Source: Bryobacterales bacterium
GTDB taxonomy: Bacteria > Acidobacteriota > Terriglobia > Bryobacterales > UBA6623
Direction: 5' to 3'
Assembly (NCBI GenBank): GCA_965208945.1
Contig: OZ242366.1
Span: forward strand, 2,040,483-2,104,482
DNA length: 64,000 nt
Below the pieces are notes generated by a model. It worked only from the letters and a program-made list of their open reading frames with translations, made no database searches and was not told the origin of the DNA. Below, in pieces: positions 52,866 to 61,472 of this stretch. The translations under genes and the position numbers were made by a program. How positions within the stretch are numbered: position 1 is the first letter of the stretch; every line of letters starts with the position of its first letter.

Positions 52866-52918
52866 AGCTATAGAGCCCTGAAAAGTTGACTCTCATGCAT
52901 GTCGGCATAGACTAGGCA

Positions 52919-54052
52919 GTGAGGGAAAGCCGGATGAACGCTCTTACTCGACCTGGGATGCTCTCTATCGCTTCATTAATCCTTGCTGCCTGTGCCGCCC
53001 CGCCATCGCTCGTCCAGACCGAGCTGTTCATCGCCGGACAGGGCGGCTACCACACCTACCGCATCCCATCGATCATTACGACCCTCAGAGGAACCCTGCT
53101 TTCTTTCTGTGAAGGCCGCAAGAACAGCCGTAGCGATTCCGGCGATATCGACCTGCTCCTTCGCCGTAGCTACGACGGAGGGCAGACATGGGGTGAAGTT
53201 CAAGTCGTCGCTGATCACGGCGAAGATACGATCGGCAATCCTACCCCCGTCATCGATCGAGACACGGGAACGGTTTGGCTGCTACTGACCAAGAACCCCG
53301 GTTACGCAACTGGCGAACAACTCATGAGCGGTTACGAAGCCGGAACACGCACCGTTTGGGTCACCCATAGCAATGATGACGGCGAAACGTGGGCGGAAAC
53401 GGAGGAGATCACCGACACGACGAAGAAGACGGATTGGACTTGGTATGCCACGGGGCCGGGTGTTGGCATTCAATTACAGTCCGGTCGTCTCGTGATCCCG
53501 TGTGATCACCGCAAGCAAGGTTCGCAGCGCTCCTACTCGCATGTCATCTACAGCGACGACCATGGAGCGACTTGGCAGATCGGCGGCGAGACTTCCTTGA
53601 AAAACAACGAATGCCAAGTGATCGAACGTCGGGACGGATCGCTTCTGTTGAACATGCGCAGCAACCACGGCCGCAACCGCCGCTCGATCGCGACCAGCAA
53701 TGACGGTGGACTTACTTGGTCCAACATTTCCTTCGACGAAGCGCTGATCGAGCCCCGCTGCCAAGCCAGTCTGCTTCGCTACACTTCCATTATGCAATCG
53801 AGTGCATCGCTCGTACTATTCTCGAATCCCGCCTCCAGCGAGCGAGAGCGGATGACCATCAGGCTCAGCCGTGACGACGGAGCAACTTGGGCGCATTCCC
53901 GCATACTACACGCTGGGCCTGCCGCCTACTCCTGTCTCACGGTTCTCTCCGACGGCTCGATTGCCTGCCTCTACGAACGCGGCGACGCTGACCGCTACGA
54001 GAAGATTACCTTCGCTCGTTTCAGCCTCGACTGGCTCACCGGCGAGAGCTAA
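52919..54052 (+). CDS. Exo-alpha-sialidase (GH33, BNR/Asp-box repeats), lipoprotein
   Basis: 377 aa with lipobox-like LILAACA. YRIPSI (RIP motif) and five Asp-boxes (SYDGGQTW, SNDDGETW, SDDHGATW, SNDGGLTW, SRDDGATW). The stop codon lies inside the MITE terminus. Confidence 0.9.
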   Translation: MRESRMNALTRPGMLSIASLILAACAAPPSLVQTELFIAGQGGYHTYRIPSIITTLRGTLLSFCEGRKNSRSDSGDIDLLLRRSYDGGQTWGEVQVVADHGEDTIGNPTPVIDRDTGTVWLLLTKNPGYATGEQLMSGYEAGTRTVWVTHSNDDGETWAETEEITDTTKKTDWTWYATGPGVGIQLQSGRLVIPCDHRKQGSQRSYSHVIYSDDHGATWQIGGETSLKNNECQVIERRDGSLLLNMRSNHGRNRRSIATSNDGGLTWSNISFDEALIEPRCQASLLRYTSIMQSSASLVLFSNPASSERERMTIRLSRDDGATWAHSRILHAGPAAYSCLTVLSDGSIACLYERGDADRYEKITFARFSLDWLTGES

Positions 54053-54143
54053 CCTGCATGTCTCACCACCCGGCGGTCGAAGCACGCGATACGACCGCCA
54101 GGACTTCGTTGCGCTTGCTTGCCGTGCTCAACGTACTGTTCAA
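54049..54143. repeat. MITE-like element copy G, left half (interrupted by IS110-family insertion)
   Basis: CTAACCTGCATGTCTCACCACCCGGCGGTCGAAGCACGCGATACGACCGCCAGGACTTCGTTGCGCTTGCTTGCCGTGCTCAACGTACTGTTCAA, then the IS begins. Confidence 0.85.
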
Positions 54144-54407
54144 TATATGGTTCGCTCCCGGGATGTCCACCTATTCCTTCTTGCTGAACGTTGGTCTGCG
54201 CCAATATATCCGACCTCTAGGTGGAACCGCGCTGGTTCCGGGCCATGATGGGGTCCGCACGTCCCGCTCCTCATAAGTACGCCGACCTGTGAGGGCCATG
54301 AACAGTAACAGGATTCGGTGACGCCGGTACGACCGTTTTGTCCATCAATCGGGAGTAAGCAGACAAACTGTGAGCTCCTGGTAGTGCTACGGCGGACCGC
54401 AGGGCGG
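54144..54407 (-). ncRNA. Candidate bridge (guide) RNA region in the 3' non-coding arm of the IS110-family element
   Basis: 264-nt non-coding arm. It holds a 12-nt copy of the right junction (CATAAGTACGCC, 54272-54283 = 55580-55591). It holds the reverse complement of the left target flank (TGAACAGTA, 54299-54307 vs TACTGTTCA, 54134-54142). It holds an 8-nt copy of the left junction (CAATATAT, 54202-54209 = 54141-54148). RNA ends are not defined. Confidence 0.35.
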
Positions 54408-55481
54408 TTAACCCGCCGGGGCTGGTTGCCGCTGTTGAGAGAAGCGCTGGCCGCTGCTCAGCAAGGCCCATGCGATGCGCGCCAGCCGTGCCGCCAGCGC
54501 CACGATCACGACCCGCCGATCTTTGTTCAGGAGCATCCGCCGCAGCCACTGGCCGAGTTGGTCGCTGCGCTTCGCGAGCACGTCGAGGCTCGAGCGGGCA
54601 CAGTGCACCAGCAGCGTCCGGACGTAGCGGTTGCCGCGCTTGCTGATGCCTCCCAAGCGCTGCTTGCCTCCGCTGGAGTACTCTCTCGGCACCAGACCCA
54701 ACCAAGCAGCGACGTCGCGCCCCTTCTCGAAGGCCTCGGCGTTGCCGATCGTCGCCACCAAGGCCGTCGCTGTCTGCACGCCGATGCCGGGGATCTCTCT
54801 GAGCCGCCGGCAGGCCTCGCTCGCCTGCGCTTTCCTCAGCAGATAGGTGTTGACTTGCTGAATCTTCTCTGCCAGCACTTGCCATTCGGCAAACATGCCC
54901 GCCAGCAGCGCCCGCATTTCGTCGGACAGGCCGTTATCGGCGTCCTCGAGGATCTCCGGCAGACGGACCACAAACCAACGCTTGCCCTGTGGAAGGGTGA
55001 TGCCGCGTTCCAGCAGAAAGGCGCGCGCCTGGTTGATCAACTGCGTCGAGTTGCCCACCAGCCGCGAGCGATAGCGGTGCAGCGACTGCATCGACAGTTG
55101 TTGCTCGCTCTTGACCGCCACGAAGCGCATGCTCGGCCGCAGACAGGCTTCCGCGCAGGCCTCGGCGTCCGTCGAGTCGTTCTTGTCGCGCTTCACAAAG
55201 GGCTTCACATATTTGGGCGGCATCAGCTTCACGTCGTGCCCCTGGGCCAGCAGTTGGCGGCCCAGGTGATGGGCGCCGCAGCAGGCTTCCATGCCGATAC
55301 GGCAGGGCTGCATCTGGGCGGTCACCTCCAGCAGCTTGCCCTTCGAGTAGCGGCGACGGGTGAGCACCCGGCCGGTTGCGTCCAAGCCGACCAAGTCGAC
55401 GTTGTGTTTTGCTAGATCGAGGCCGATCGTGACGACCTCCTTCCATACGCTCTTGCGGGATGATCGCTGGGTCGTTGCCAT
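54408..55481 (-). CDS. IS110-family transposase/recombinase (DEDD RuvC-like N-domain + Tnp C-domain)
   Basis: ORF 54408..55640; start M54 (55481) follows GAGGAAACCATC. Motifs TIGLDLAKHNVDLVGLD, RIGMEACCGAHH, KNDSTDAEA, IPGIGVQTATALVATIGNAEAF, GLVPREYSSGGKQRLGGISKRGNRYVR. Confidence 0.92.
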   Translation of the reverse strand: MATTQRSSRKSVWKEVVTIGLDLAKHNVDLVGLDATGRVLTRRRYSKGKLLEVTAQMQPCRIGMEACCGAHHLGRQLLAQGHDVKLMPPKYVKPFVKRDKNDSTDAEACAEACLRPSMRFVAVKSEQQLSMQSLHRYRSRLVGNSTQLINQARAFLLERGITLPQGKRWFVVRLPEILEDADNGLSDEMRALLAGMFAEWQVLAEKIQQVNTYLLRKAQASEACRRLREIPGIGVQTATALVATIGNAEAFEKGRDVAAWLGLVPREYSSGGKQRLGGISKRGNRYVRTLLVHCARSSLDVLAKRSDQLGQWLRRMLLNKDRRVVIVALAARLARIAWALLSSGQRFSQQRQPAPAG

Positions 55482-55584
55482 GATGGTTTCCTCTCGGTTC
55501 GTGAACTGCGGCCGGGGACGGCCGTTGCTACCAGCATGGCCGAACTCGACGACGCAGCGGAAGTGGGAGCGAACCATCCCATAA

Positions 55585-55674
55585 GTACGCCTGCGCGCGC
55601 CAAGCGGCTCGCGCCTCGTCCTGACGGCCCTCTCACCCACTTCGCCTCGCCACGTGGTGAAAAATGCAGGCTAA
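55585..55674. repeat. MITE-like element copy G, right half
   Basis: GTACGCCTGCGCGCGCCAAGCGGCTCGCGCCTCGTCCTGACGGCCCTCTCACCCACTTCGCCTCGCCACGTGGTGAAAAATGCAGGCTAA continues the repeat exactly where the left half stops. Confidence 0.85.
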
Positions 55675-55711
55675 GAAGGCATCTGAACGTCGTCGCCTGT
55701 CAGGATGAATC

Positions 55712-56926
55712 TCAGCCGGCCAACAGTCCCGCCAGCGAAGCTGTCATGAAATTCGCCATCGTGCCCGCGAGCATCGCACGAAAACCGAGTATTGCGAGGT
55801 CATGCCTGCGACCGGGAATCAGGCTCGCGATGCCCCCCACCTGGATTCCGATCGAACCGAAGTTCGCGAATCCGCAAAGTGCGTACCCCGCGATCAAGAA
55901 CGACTCTGGCTGTAGAGTCTGTTGGGTCTTTCCGAGTTCCGCATAGGCAACGAATTCGTTGAGCACCATTCTTGTGCCCAGCAGGTGGCCGACCGTTCCC
56001 GCATCCGACCACGGCACACCCATCACCCACGCGACGGGGGCGAATAGCAGTGCGAAGACATCCTCAAGCGCTTGCGGCATCCAACCCATATGCGGCAGTT
56101 CATGGATCCATCCCAGCAGGCCGTTCATCACCGCGATGAGTGCGACGAAGGCGATGAGGACCGCTCCGACGTTGAGCGCCAGATAAAGCCCCTCGCTCGC
56201 TCCGCGCGCCGCTGCGTCGATCACGTTCACATCGGCTGCATGGGACTCGCGCGGCACTCTCCCGAAAGTCTCCGGAGTTTCCGTTTCCGGTTCGAGCATC
56301 TTGGCCATCAGCACCGCGCCGGGCGCGGTCACGATGACGGCCGTCAGCATGTGCTCCATTGGGACACCGCCGATCTGGACGTACGCCACCAGCAACGCGC
56401 CCGAGATCGTCGCCATCCCCCCCGTCATCACGGTCATCAGTTCCGAGCGAGTTAGCTTTTCGAGATATGGCCGTATTGTCAACGGGGCTTCCGACTGTCC
56501 CATGAAGATGTTCGCCGCCACGTTCAGCGACTCAGCTCCGCTTGCCCCCATCACTCGTTGCATTACAAGTGCAATGCCGCGTACGGCTTGCTGCATGACG
56601 CCCAGGTAATACAGCACTGCGAACAGCGACGAGATAAAAACGATCAGCGGCAGGATCTGGAACGCGAGGACGGTCCCGATCGGCCCCTGGGAACTGCCCA
56701 AATCGCCGAACACGAACTGTGTTCCTGCCTCTGCTAACAGCATCATGCGGTTAACGGTGGCGCCGATGGCTTGAAAGACCTTCCTGAACGGCGTCTTGAG
56801 CACCAGGATCGCCAGCGTGAGTTGAAGCCCCAGGCCCCAGAGCACCGTCGACAGCCGAATTGCGCCACGGTCTCTCGAAAGCCCGTAGGCTAGTCCAAGA
56901 AGAAGAACGAGACCGATCAGTCCCAT
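55712..56926 (-). CDS. NupC/NupG-family concentrative nucleoside transporter
   Basis: 404 aa, polytopic membrane protein with a CNT-family N-terminus and the conserved MGQSEAPL.. / ..GFANFGSIGIQ motifs. Confidence 0.88.
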   Translation of the reverse strand: MGLIGLVLLLGLAYGLSRDRGAIRLSTVLWGLGLQLTLAILVLKTPFRKVFQAIGATVNRMMLLAEAGTQFVFGDLGSSQGPIGTVLAFQILPLIVFISSLFAVLYYLGVMQQAVRGIALVMQRVMGASGAESLNVAANIFMGQSEAPLTIRPYLEKLTRSELMTVMTGGMATISGALLVAYVQIGGVPMEHMLTAVIVTAPGAVLMAKMLEPETETPETFGRVPRESHAADVNVIDAAARGASEGLYLALNVGAVLIAFVALIAVMNGLLGWIHELPHMGWMPQALEDVFALLFAPVAWVMGVPWSDAGTVGHLLGTRMVLNEFVAYAELGKTQQTLQPESFLIAGYALCGFANFGSIGIQVGGIASLIPGRRHDLAILGFRAMLAGTMANFMTASLAGLLAG

Positions 56927-57050
56927 GGATCGAGCACCTTACACGCTTGCAGTCAAGAACTCTTAGCGCAGCTCTCGCCTTCCTGGGTCCGCAGCCTTCA
57001 TCGCTGCTCACTCCATCTGCTGCAGTTTTCCAGCGATGGTCTTATACGAC

Positions 57051-58358
57051 CTACTGGACCAGGTCGAGAATCAAGTCGCGCGGTTCAGGCGGATTCACCG
57101 ACAGGCGGAACGCATCTTCCACGAGTTGGACCGCCTCGGGCAAGTTTGTTTCGTCGGTATAGTAGAGGGCGCAGAGTTGCTGTCCCGCCACGACCTGATC
57201 GCCCACCTTCGATTGCAGGATGACTCCTACGGCCGGGTCGATCGGATCGTCCATGCTATCCCGGCCCGCGCCCAGCATGACGGCGGCGCGGCCTATGTCG
57301 TCCGCGTTGATGCGGCTGATGTACCCGTCGCGCGGCGAACTGACAATCTGCTCGCCCGAAGCATTCGGCAGCAGGTCGAACCGATACACGACCTCCGGAT
57401 CGCCGCCCTGCGCTGCGATGATGTCCCGAAGCTTCGTAATCGCGCTACCGTCCGCCAGCAATTGTTGCGCTTGATCACGTGCGCTTTCGATCGACCGCGA
57501 GGACTGGCCCAAGTAGATCATCCGAGCCGCTAATTCCGTCGAAAGCCCCGTCAGATCCGGAGGGCCCTGGCCTTGCAGGGTCTGCGACGCTTCCATGACT
57601 TCCAACGCGTTTCCAACGGTGAAACCGAGCGGTTGATCCATGTCGGTCAGCAGCGCCTGGACTGTGAGGTTCATGCGCCGCCCGATCGAGATCATCAATT
57701 GCGCGAGCTTACGAGCTTCGCTGCGGCCCCGGATGAGGGAGCCACGGCCTACCTTCACGTCGAGCAACAATGCGTCGAGTCCCTCGGCAAGCTTCTTCGA
57801 CATGATGGATGCGGCAATCAGCGCCAATGACTCGACGGTTCCCGTCACGTCTCGTAATGCGTAGAGCCGTTTGTCCGCTGGAGAGATCTCGTCGGTCTGA
57901 CCGGTAAACGCCAACCCCAACTCCTTGACTTGCGTTTTGAATTCGCTCATCGAGAGTTGCGTACGAAATCCCGGGATGGACTGGAGTTTGTCCAGCGTGC
58001 CCCCGGTGTGACCGAGGCCCCGGCCGGTGATCATCGGCACGTAGATGCCCGCGGCGGCGGCGGTCGGCGCGGCGATCAGCGTAACCTTGTCGCCGACGCC
58101 CCCCGTCGAGTGTTTATCGACCCGCGGCGTCGGGACATCGCTCATATCCAGCCGCTGGCCGCAGTTCAGCATTGCCGTCGCGAGCGCCGTCGCCTCTGCG
58201 TCGCTGAAGTCGTTGCAATATCCGGCCATCAGGAATGCGGCCATTTGGTAGTCGGGAATTTCGTTGCGCGTGTATCCGTTGACAAGCCGTTCGAAATCTT
58301 CCTGCGTCAGTTCTTCTCCGTCGCGCTTGGCTCGGATCAGATCCACGATTCGGTCCAT
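57051..58358 (-). CDS. Thymidine / pyrimidine-nucleoside phosphorylase
   Basis: ORF 57051..58715; true start M120 (58358): MDRIVDLIRAKRDGEELTQEDFERLVNGY. Motifs VDKHSTGGVGDKVTL, TGRGLGHTGGTLDKL. Confidence 0.92.
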   Translation of the reverse strand: MDRIVDLIRAKRDGEELTQEDFERLVNGYTRNEIPDYQMAAFLMAGYCNDFSDAEATALATAMLNCGQRLDMSDVPTPRVDKHSTGGVGDKVTLIAAPTAAAAGIYVPMITGRGLGHTGGTLDKLQSIPGFRTQLSMSEFKTQVKELGLAFTGQTDEISPADKRLYALRDVTGTVESLALIAASIMSKKLAEGLDALLLDVKVGRGSLIRGRSEARKLAQLMISIGRRMNLTVQALLTDMDQPLGFTVGNALEVMEASQTLQGQGPPDLTGLSTELAARMIYLGQSSRSIESARDQAQQLLADGSAITKLRDIIAAQGGDPEVVYRFDLLPNASGEQIVSSPRDGYISRINADDIGRAAVMLGAGRDSMDDPIDPAVGVILQSKVGDQVVAGQQLCALYYTDETNLPEAVQLVEDAFRLSVNPPEPRDLILDLVQ

Positions 58359-58527
58359 AGAAGTGCACACTTTCCCCGCTGTCCTCCGAAGGAGAAACCC
58401 ATCGGCAACAGCCAAACCCAACAGAGTAGCATCCGCCCAAAAGAGGCGCAAGACGCTAACACGCTGTAAGGAAAGCGTTTTTACCGGGGGTGGCCATACC
58501 CCGAAGTCATTGGCCGCTCGTGCGCCA

Positions 58528-59343
58528 TCAGGATATGGGAATGAGCGGAAAGCGGTACCGCCCCTCGTAGATATCGCAGAAAAGATCGACCATCTCCCCG
58601 TGGACACGGCCGTTCGTGGCCAGCAACTCGACACCGCCCAGCTCGTAGGGGCCGCCGCGCATGTCTCCGTACTTTCCTCCGGCTTCCTCGACGAGCAACA
58701 GCCCGGCGGTGACATCCCAAGAATTCAGGCCGATTTCCCAGAAGCCTTCCAGACGCCCGGCGGCAACCGAGCAAAGGTCGAGCGCCGCTGAGCCCGCCCG
58801 GCGGATTCCGTGGCTGAGCATCGACACCTGGTAGAAGAAGTGGATATTCATCTCCTTGTGACGCCGCCCGCTTGGGAAACCCGTGGCAAACAATCCTTCG
58901 TTCATCCGAGACGCGCCCGATACCTTCAGGCGTTGATGGTTCAAGTAGGCTCCCGCACCCTTTTCCGCACAGAACATCTCGTCCCGAAGAGGATCGTAAA
59001 CCGCCCCCGCAATCGGTACCCCCCGGTATACGAGCCCGATACTCGTCGCGAAGGCGGGGAAACGGTGGGCGAAATTCGTCGTGCCGTCAAGTGGATCGAC
59101 GTGCCATACATAGTCTGGGTCCTGGTCGACTCCGCCGCCTTCCTCGGCCACGATCGAGTGCGTCGGAAACCGGTTGCACAGCCGCTCCACGATCAGAGAC
59201 TCAGCGGCCCGATCGGCCGTCGTTACCAGATTGAATTCGCCCTTGTATTCAACCGCGACGCGCTGCTCGTAGTGTTGCAACAGCAGCGGGCCCACTTCGC
59301 GAGCGATATCGACAGCTACGGATAGGTAGTCCACGTTGTCCAT
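58528..59343 (-). CDS. Inositol monophosphatase family protein (SuhB-like)
   Basis: 271 aa. Motifs VAEEGG, WHVDPLDGTTNFAH, and WDVTAGLLLVEEAGG. Confidence 0.9.
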   Translation of the reverse strand: MDNVDYLSVAVDIAREVGPLLLQHYEQRVAVEYKGEFNLVTTADRAAESLIVERLCNRFPTHSIVAEEGGGVDQDPDYVWHVDPLDGTTNFAHRFPAFATSIGLVYRGVPIAGAVYDPLRDEMFCAEKGAGAYLNHQRLKVSGASRMNEGLFATGFPSGRRHKEMNIHFFYQVSMLSHGIRRAGSAALDLCSVAAGRLEGFWEIGLNSWDVTAGLLLVEEAGGKYGDMRGGPYELGGVELLATNGRVHGEMVDLFCDIYEGRYRFPLIPIS

Positions 59344-59685
59344 CGGCTATCCCCGAGCGCAGACCGGGCACACGCAGGAAGCCTGTTCAGGAAGTCGTCT
59401 TCTTCCGCTCGCTCAGGTACTTGATCTCCTGCATGTAGCTTGGTCCCTGTTTGCTTGCGCATCAGCCGAATGAAGTGAGCGTCGCACAATTCCATACCGC
59501 CCGCGGACTTCTCATTATTGCGCAGGTGCAGACGACGGGTGTTACCTGCTCCACAAGCTGCTTCGGGTAGCCCTCCTCGGCGAACGTTTCTTCCCTGGAA
59601 GCACCCTTCGATGCCCTCACTTTGTTCCGGGGCGGTTGTTAAGGGCCGCCGCCGTAGAGCGGCCGCTTCTTGTGAGAAGGACGGT

Positions 59686-60696
59686 TCACGGCTGGTTTTT
59701 CTCCGGCGGAGTCGACACTCCTTGCGGCGGGCTCGGCTTCCGGCGGATGCTGATGCGAGCGTTCGAGGGCCGCCGAGTCGAGGGCGCCGACAAATAATAT
59801 CCGTTCCGCGACAACACTTGCGCCGCGGGTCGTTTCACCGAAACCTGAATCTTGCGAAACCGCTCCGTATCTGAATCCCTCTCCGGCGGGTAGTAGCCCA
59901 GCAGATACTGCGTCCGCAGGTTATCGAGAATCTGATGGAATGAATCATCAAGGTTCTCATTCGCGTACTGCACGAACGTAGCACCGCCGGTGTTTGCCGC
60001 CAGCGTTTTCAAGGCATTCTCACCGCCCGTGTTGCGCCCTGCGTCGCTGCGAATCGGAATGACGATGATGCCGTAAAGCACTGCATCGATGTTATGTGTC
60101 GCCTCCAACGCCTCGCCAAACGGAGTGTAGCTCGTTGTATCGCCCCCGTCGGTGATCACCACCATCACGCGGCGGCCCTGGCGCCTCTTGAGCTGCCGCG
60201 CGGCCAGGAATACCGCGTCATACATTGAGGTGCCGCCGCCGCGCTTCACCAGGCTCAGTGCTTTCTGAATGCGTTTCTCAGAGCGCGTGAAGCTTGTGAG
60301 GATCTCGACGAAGTCGGAGAACTGCAACACAGCGACCCGGTCGTCCGCATGGGAACCGCCACCGAGCAGGCGCTTGAAGAAACGCTCCGCCGATTCCTGT
60401 TCGAACTGCAGCTCCTTCGCAGTGCTGAGGCTGGTATCGAGCATCAGCACAACCGACAGCGGCCGGTTCGTGCGCTTCTCGAATACCACGATTTCCTGCT
60501 CCTTGCCGCCATCGACAACGGTGAAGTCCTCCACAGCCAGATCGGCGATCGGGCCCCCGGTGGCGTCTTTCACCGTGACCAGCAGGTTGACCAGGTTGAC
60601 GTCGACCGAAAACGTTGTTTCCGGAGCGCTCTCTGCCCGTAGCCCGGCCGTGATCCCGGAACACAAGACCGCTCCGGTGAGGAGAAAAAGTTTCAC
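59686..60696 (-). CDS. VWA domain protein (TIGR03436-like)
   Basis: 336 aa with a GTG start overlapping the moaD-moaE stop (GTGA). Motifs LMLDTSLST, VVITDGGDTTS, YGIIV, C-terminal GYYLSAP. Confidence 0.85.
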   Translation of the reverse strand: MKLFLLTGAVLCSGITAGLRAESAPETTFSVDVNLVNLLVTVKDATGGPIADLAVEDFTVVDGGKEQEIVVFEKRTNRPLSVVLMLDTSLSTAKELQFEQESAERFFKRLLGGGSHADDRVAVLQFSDFVEILTSFTRSEKRIQKALSLVKRGGGTSMYDAVFLAARQLKRRQGRRVMVVITDGGDTTSYTPFGEALEATHNIDAVLYGIIVIPIRSDAGRNTGGENALKTLAANTGGATFVQYANENLDDSFHQILDNLRTQYLLGYYPPERDSDTERFRKIQVSVKRPAAQVLSRNGYYLSAPSTRRPSNARISIRRKPSPPQGVSTPPEKNQP

Positions 60697-61433
60697 GGGG
60701 ACGCCTCAGCTGAGCGCGTCAGCGCCTCTTCCCAGTCGCCCTCGACCCACGCTTCGCCGGTCTCGAAGTATTCCTTCTTCCAAATCGGAACGATCTTCTT
60801 CAGTCGATTGATGGCCTCCAGGCTTGCCTCATAAGCCGCCTGCCGATGTGCCGCCACGACGACGATCGACACGCTCGCCTCGCCAATCGCCAGACGCCCC
60901 AGGCGGTGCACCATTGCAATGCGGTGAATGGCGTGGTGCTCCACAATCTCCTGTCCGAGTTGCTGCATCGTTTTCAGCGCCATCGGGGCATAGCACTCGT
61001 ATTCGAGATACTTCGTCGTTCGTCCGCCGCTGTTGTTCCGGACGACACCCTCGAAGGTGATCACCGCCCCGTCCGCGCCGCTCACAATCCGCCGCACCAA
61101 CGCGGGGCTGTCAATCGGCTTCCTTGTCAGGGCGTAGAAACTGTCATTACCGTCCGATGCCGCGCCAACCCATCCGTCAGGCACGTCCGCACCGCCGCTG
61201 ACGGGCGGCATCAAGGCCACTTCATCGCCGTCGCTCAGAGCAACCTCCGGGGCGGCAAACTCGTGATTCCGAGCCAGGGCGATACTGTCGGCCATCTCGT
61301 GAAGTTTCGGATGTTGAGACGCATAGCTCGCAAATAACGTTCCTATTGTCGCGTCGGCCGGAAGCGACACGGTGTCCTCCGACCGCCCCACCACATCCTT
61401 CAGTAGCCCGAAAAAAAGCACCCGAACCGTCAT
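60693..61433 (-). CDS. Molybdopterin synthase MoaD-MoaE fusion protein
   Basis: 246 aa. The N-terminal MoaD part ends ..DEVALMPPVSGG. The MoaE part carries GAVITFEGVVRN.., ..YECYAPMA.., and ..IVPIWKKEYF. Confidence 0.88.
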   Translation of the reverse strand: MTVRVLFFGLLKDVVGRSEDTVSLPADATIGTLFASYASQHPKLHEMADSIALARNHEFAAPEVALSDGDEVALMPPVSGGADVPDGWVGAASDGNDSFYALTRKPIDSPALVRRIVSGADGAVITFEGVVRNNSGGRTTKYLEYECYAPMALKTMQQLGQEIVEHHAIHRIAMVHRLGRLAIGEASVSIVVVAAHRQAAYEASLEAINRLKKIVPIWKKEYFETGEAWVEGDWEEALTRSAEASP

Positions 61434-61472
61434 TGCCGAGCAGCCCCGATTGTATCGCAGCCGCCTCCCGGC

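Larger units (their letters stand above)
54144..55584 (-). mobile_element. IS110-family insertion sequence (IS1111-like layout), about 1.44 kb, inserted in a MITE copy
   Basis: It interrupts the repeat between ..CTGTTCAA and GTACGCCTGCG.., which are contiguous in copies C, D and F. AA is present at both junctions. Sub-terminal inverted repeat ATGGTTCGCTCCC (54147-54159) / GGGAGCGAACCAT (55565-55577). One DEDD/Ser recombinase gene. Confidence 0.88.

Noticed and set aside
59344-59685. Minus-strand fragments (..EETFAEEGYPKQLVEQVTPVVC.., MELCDAHFIRLMRKQTGTKLH.., MQEIKYLSERKKTTS*) suggesting a small gene
   Set aside because: The pieces lie in three different frames and none reaches 60 codons. I recognised no family. 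It is at best a decayed gene.
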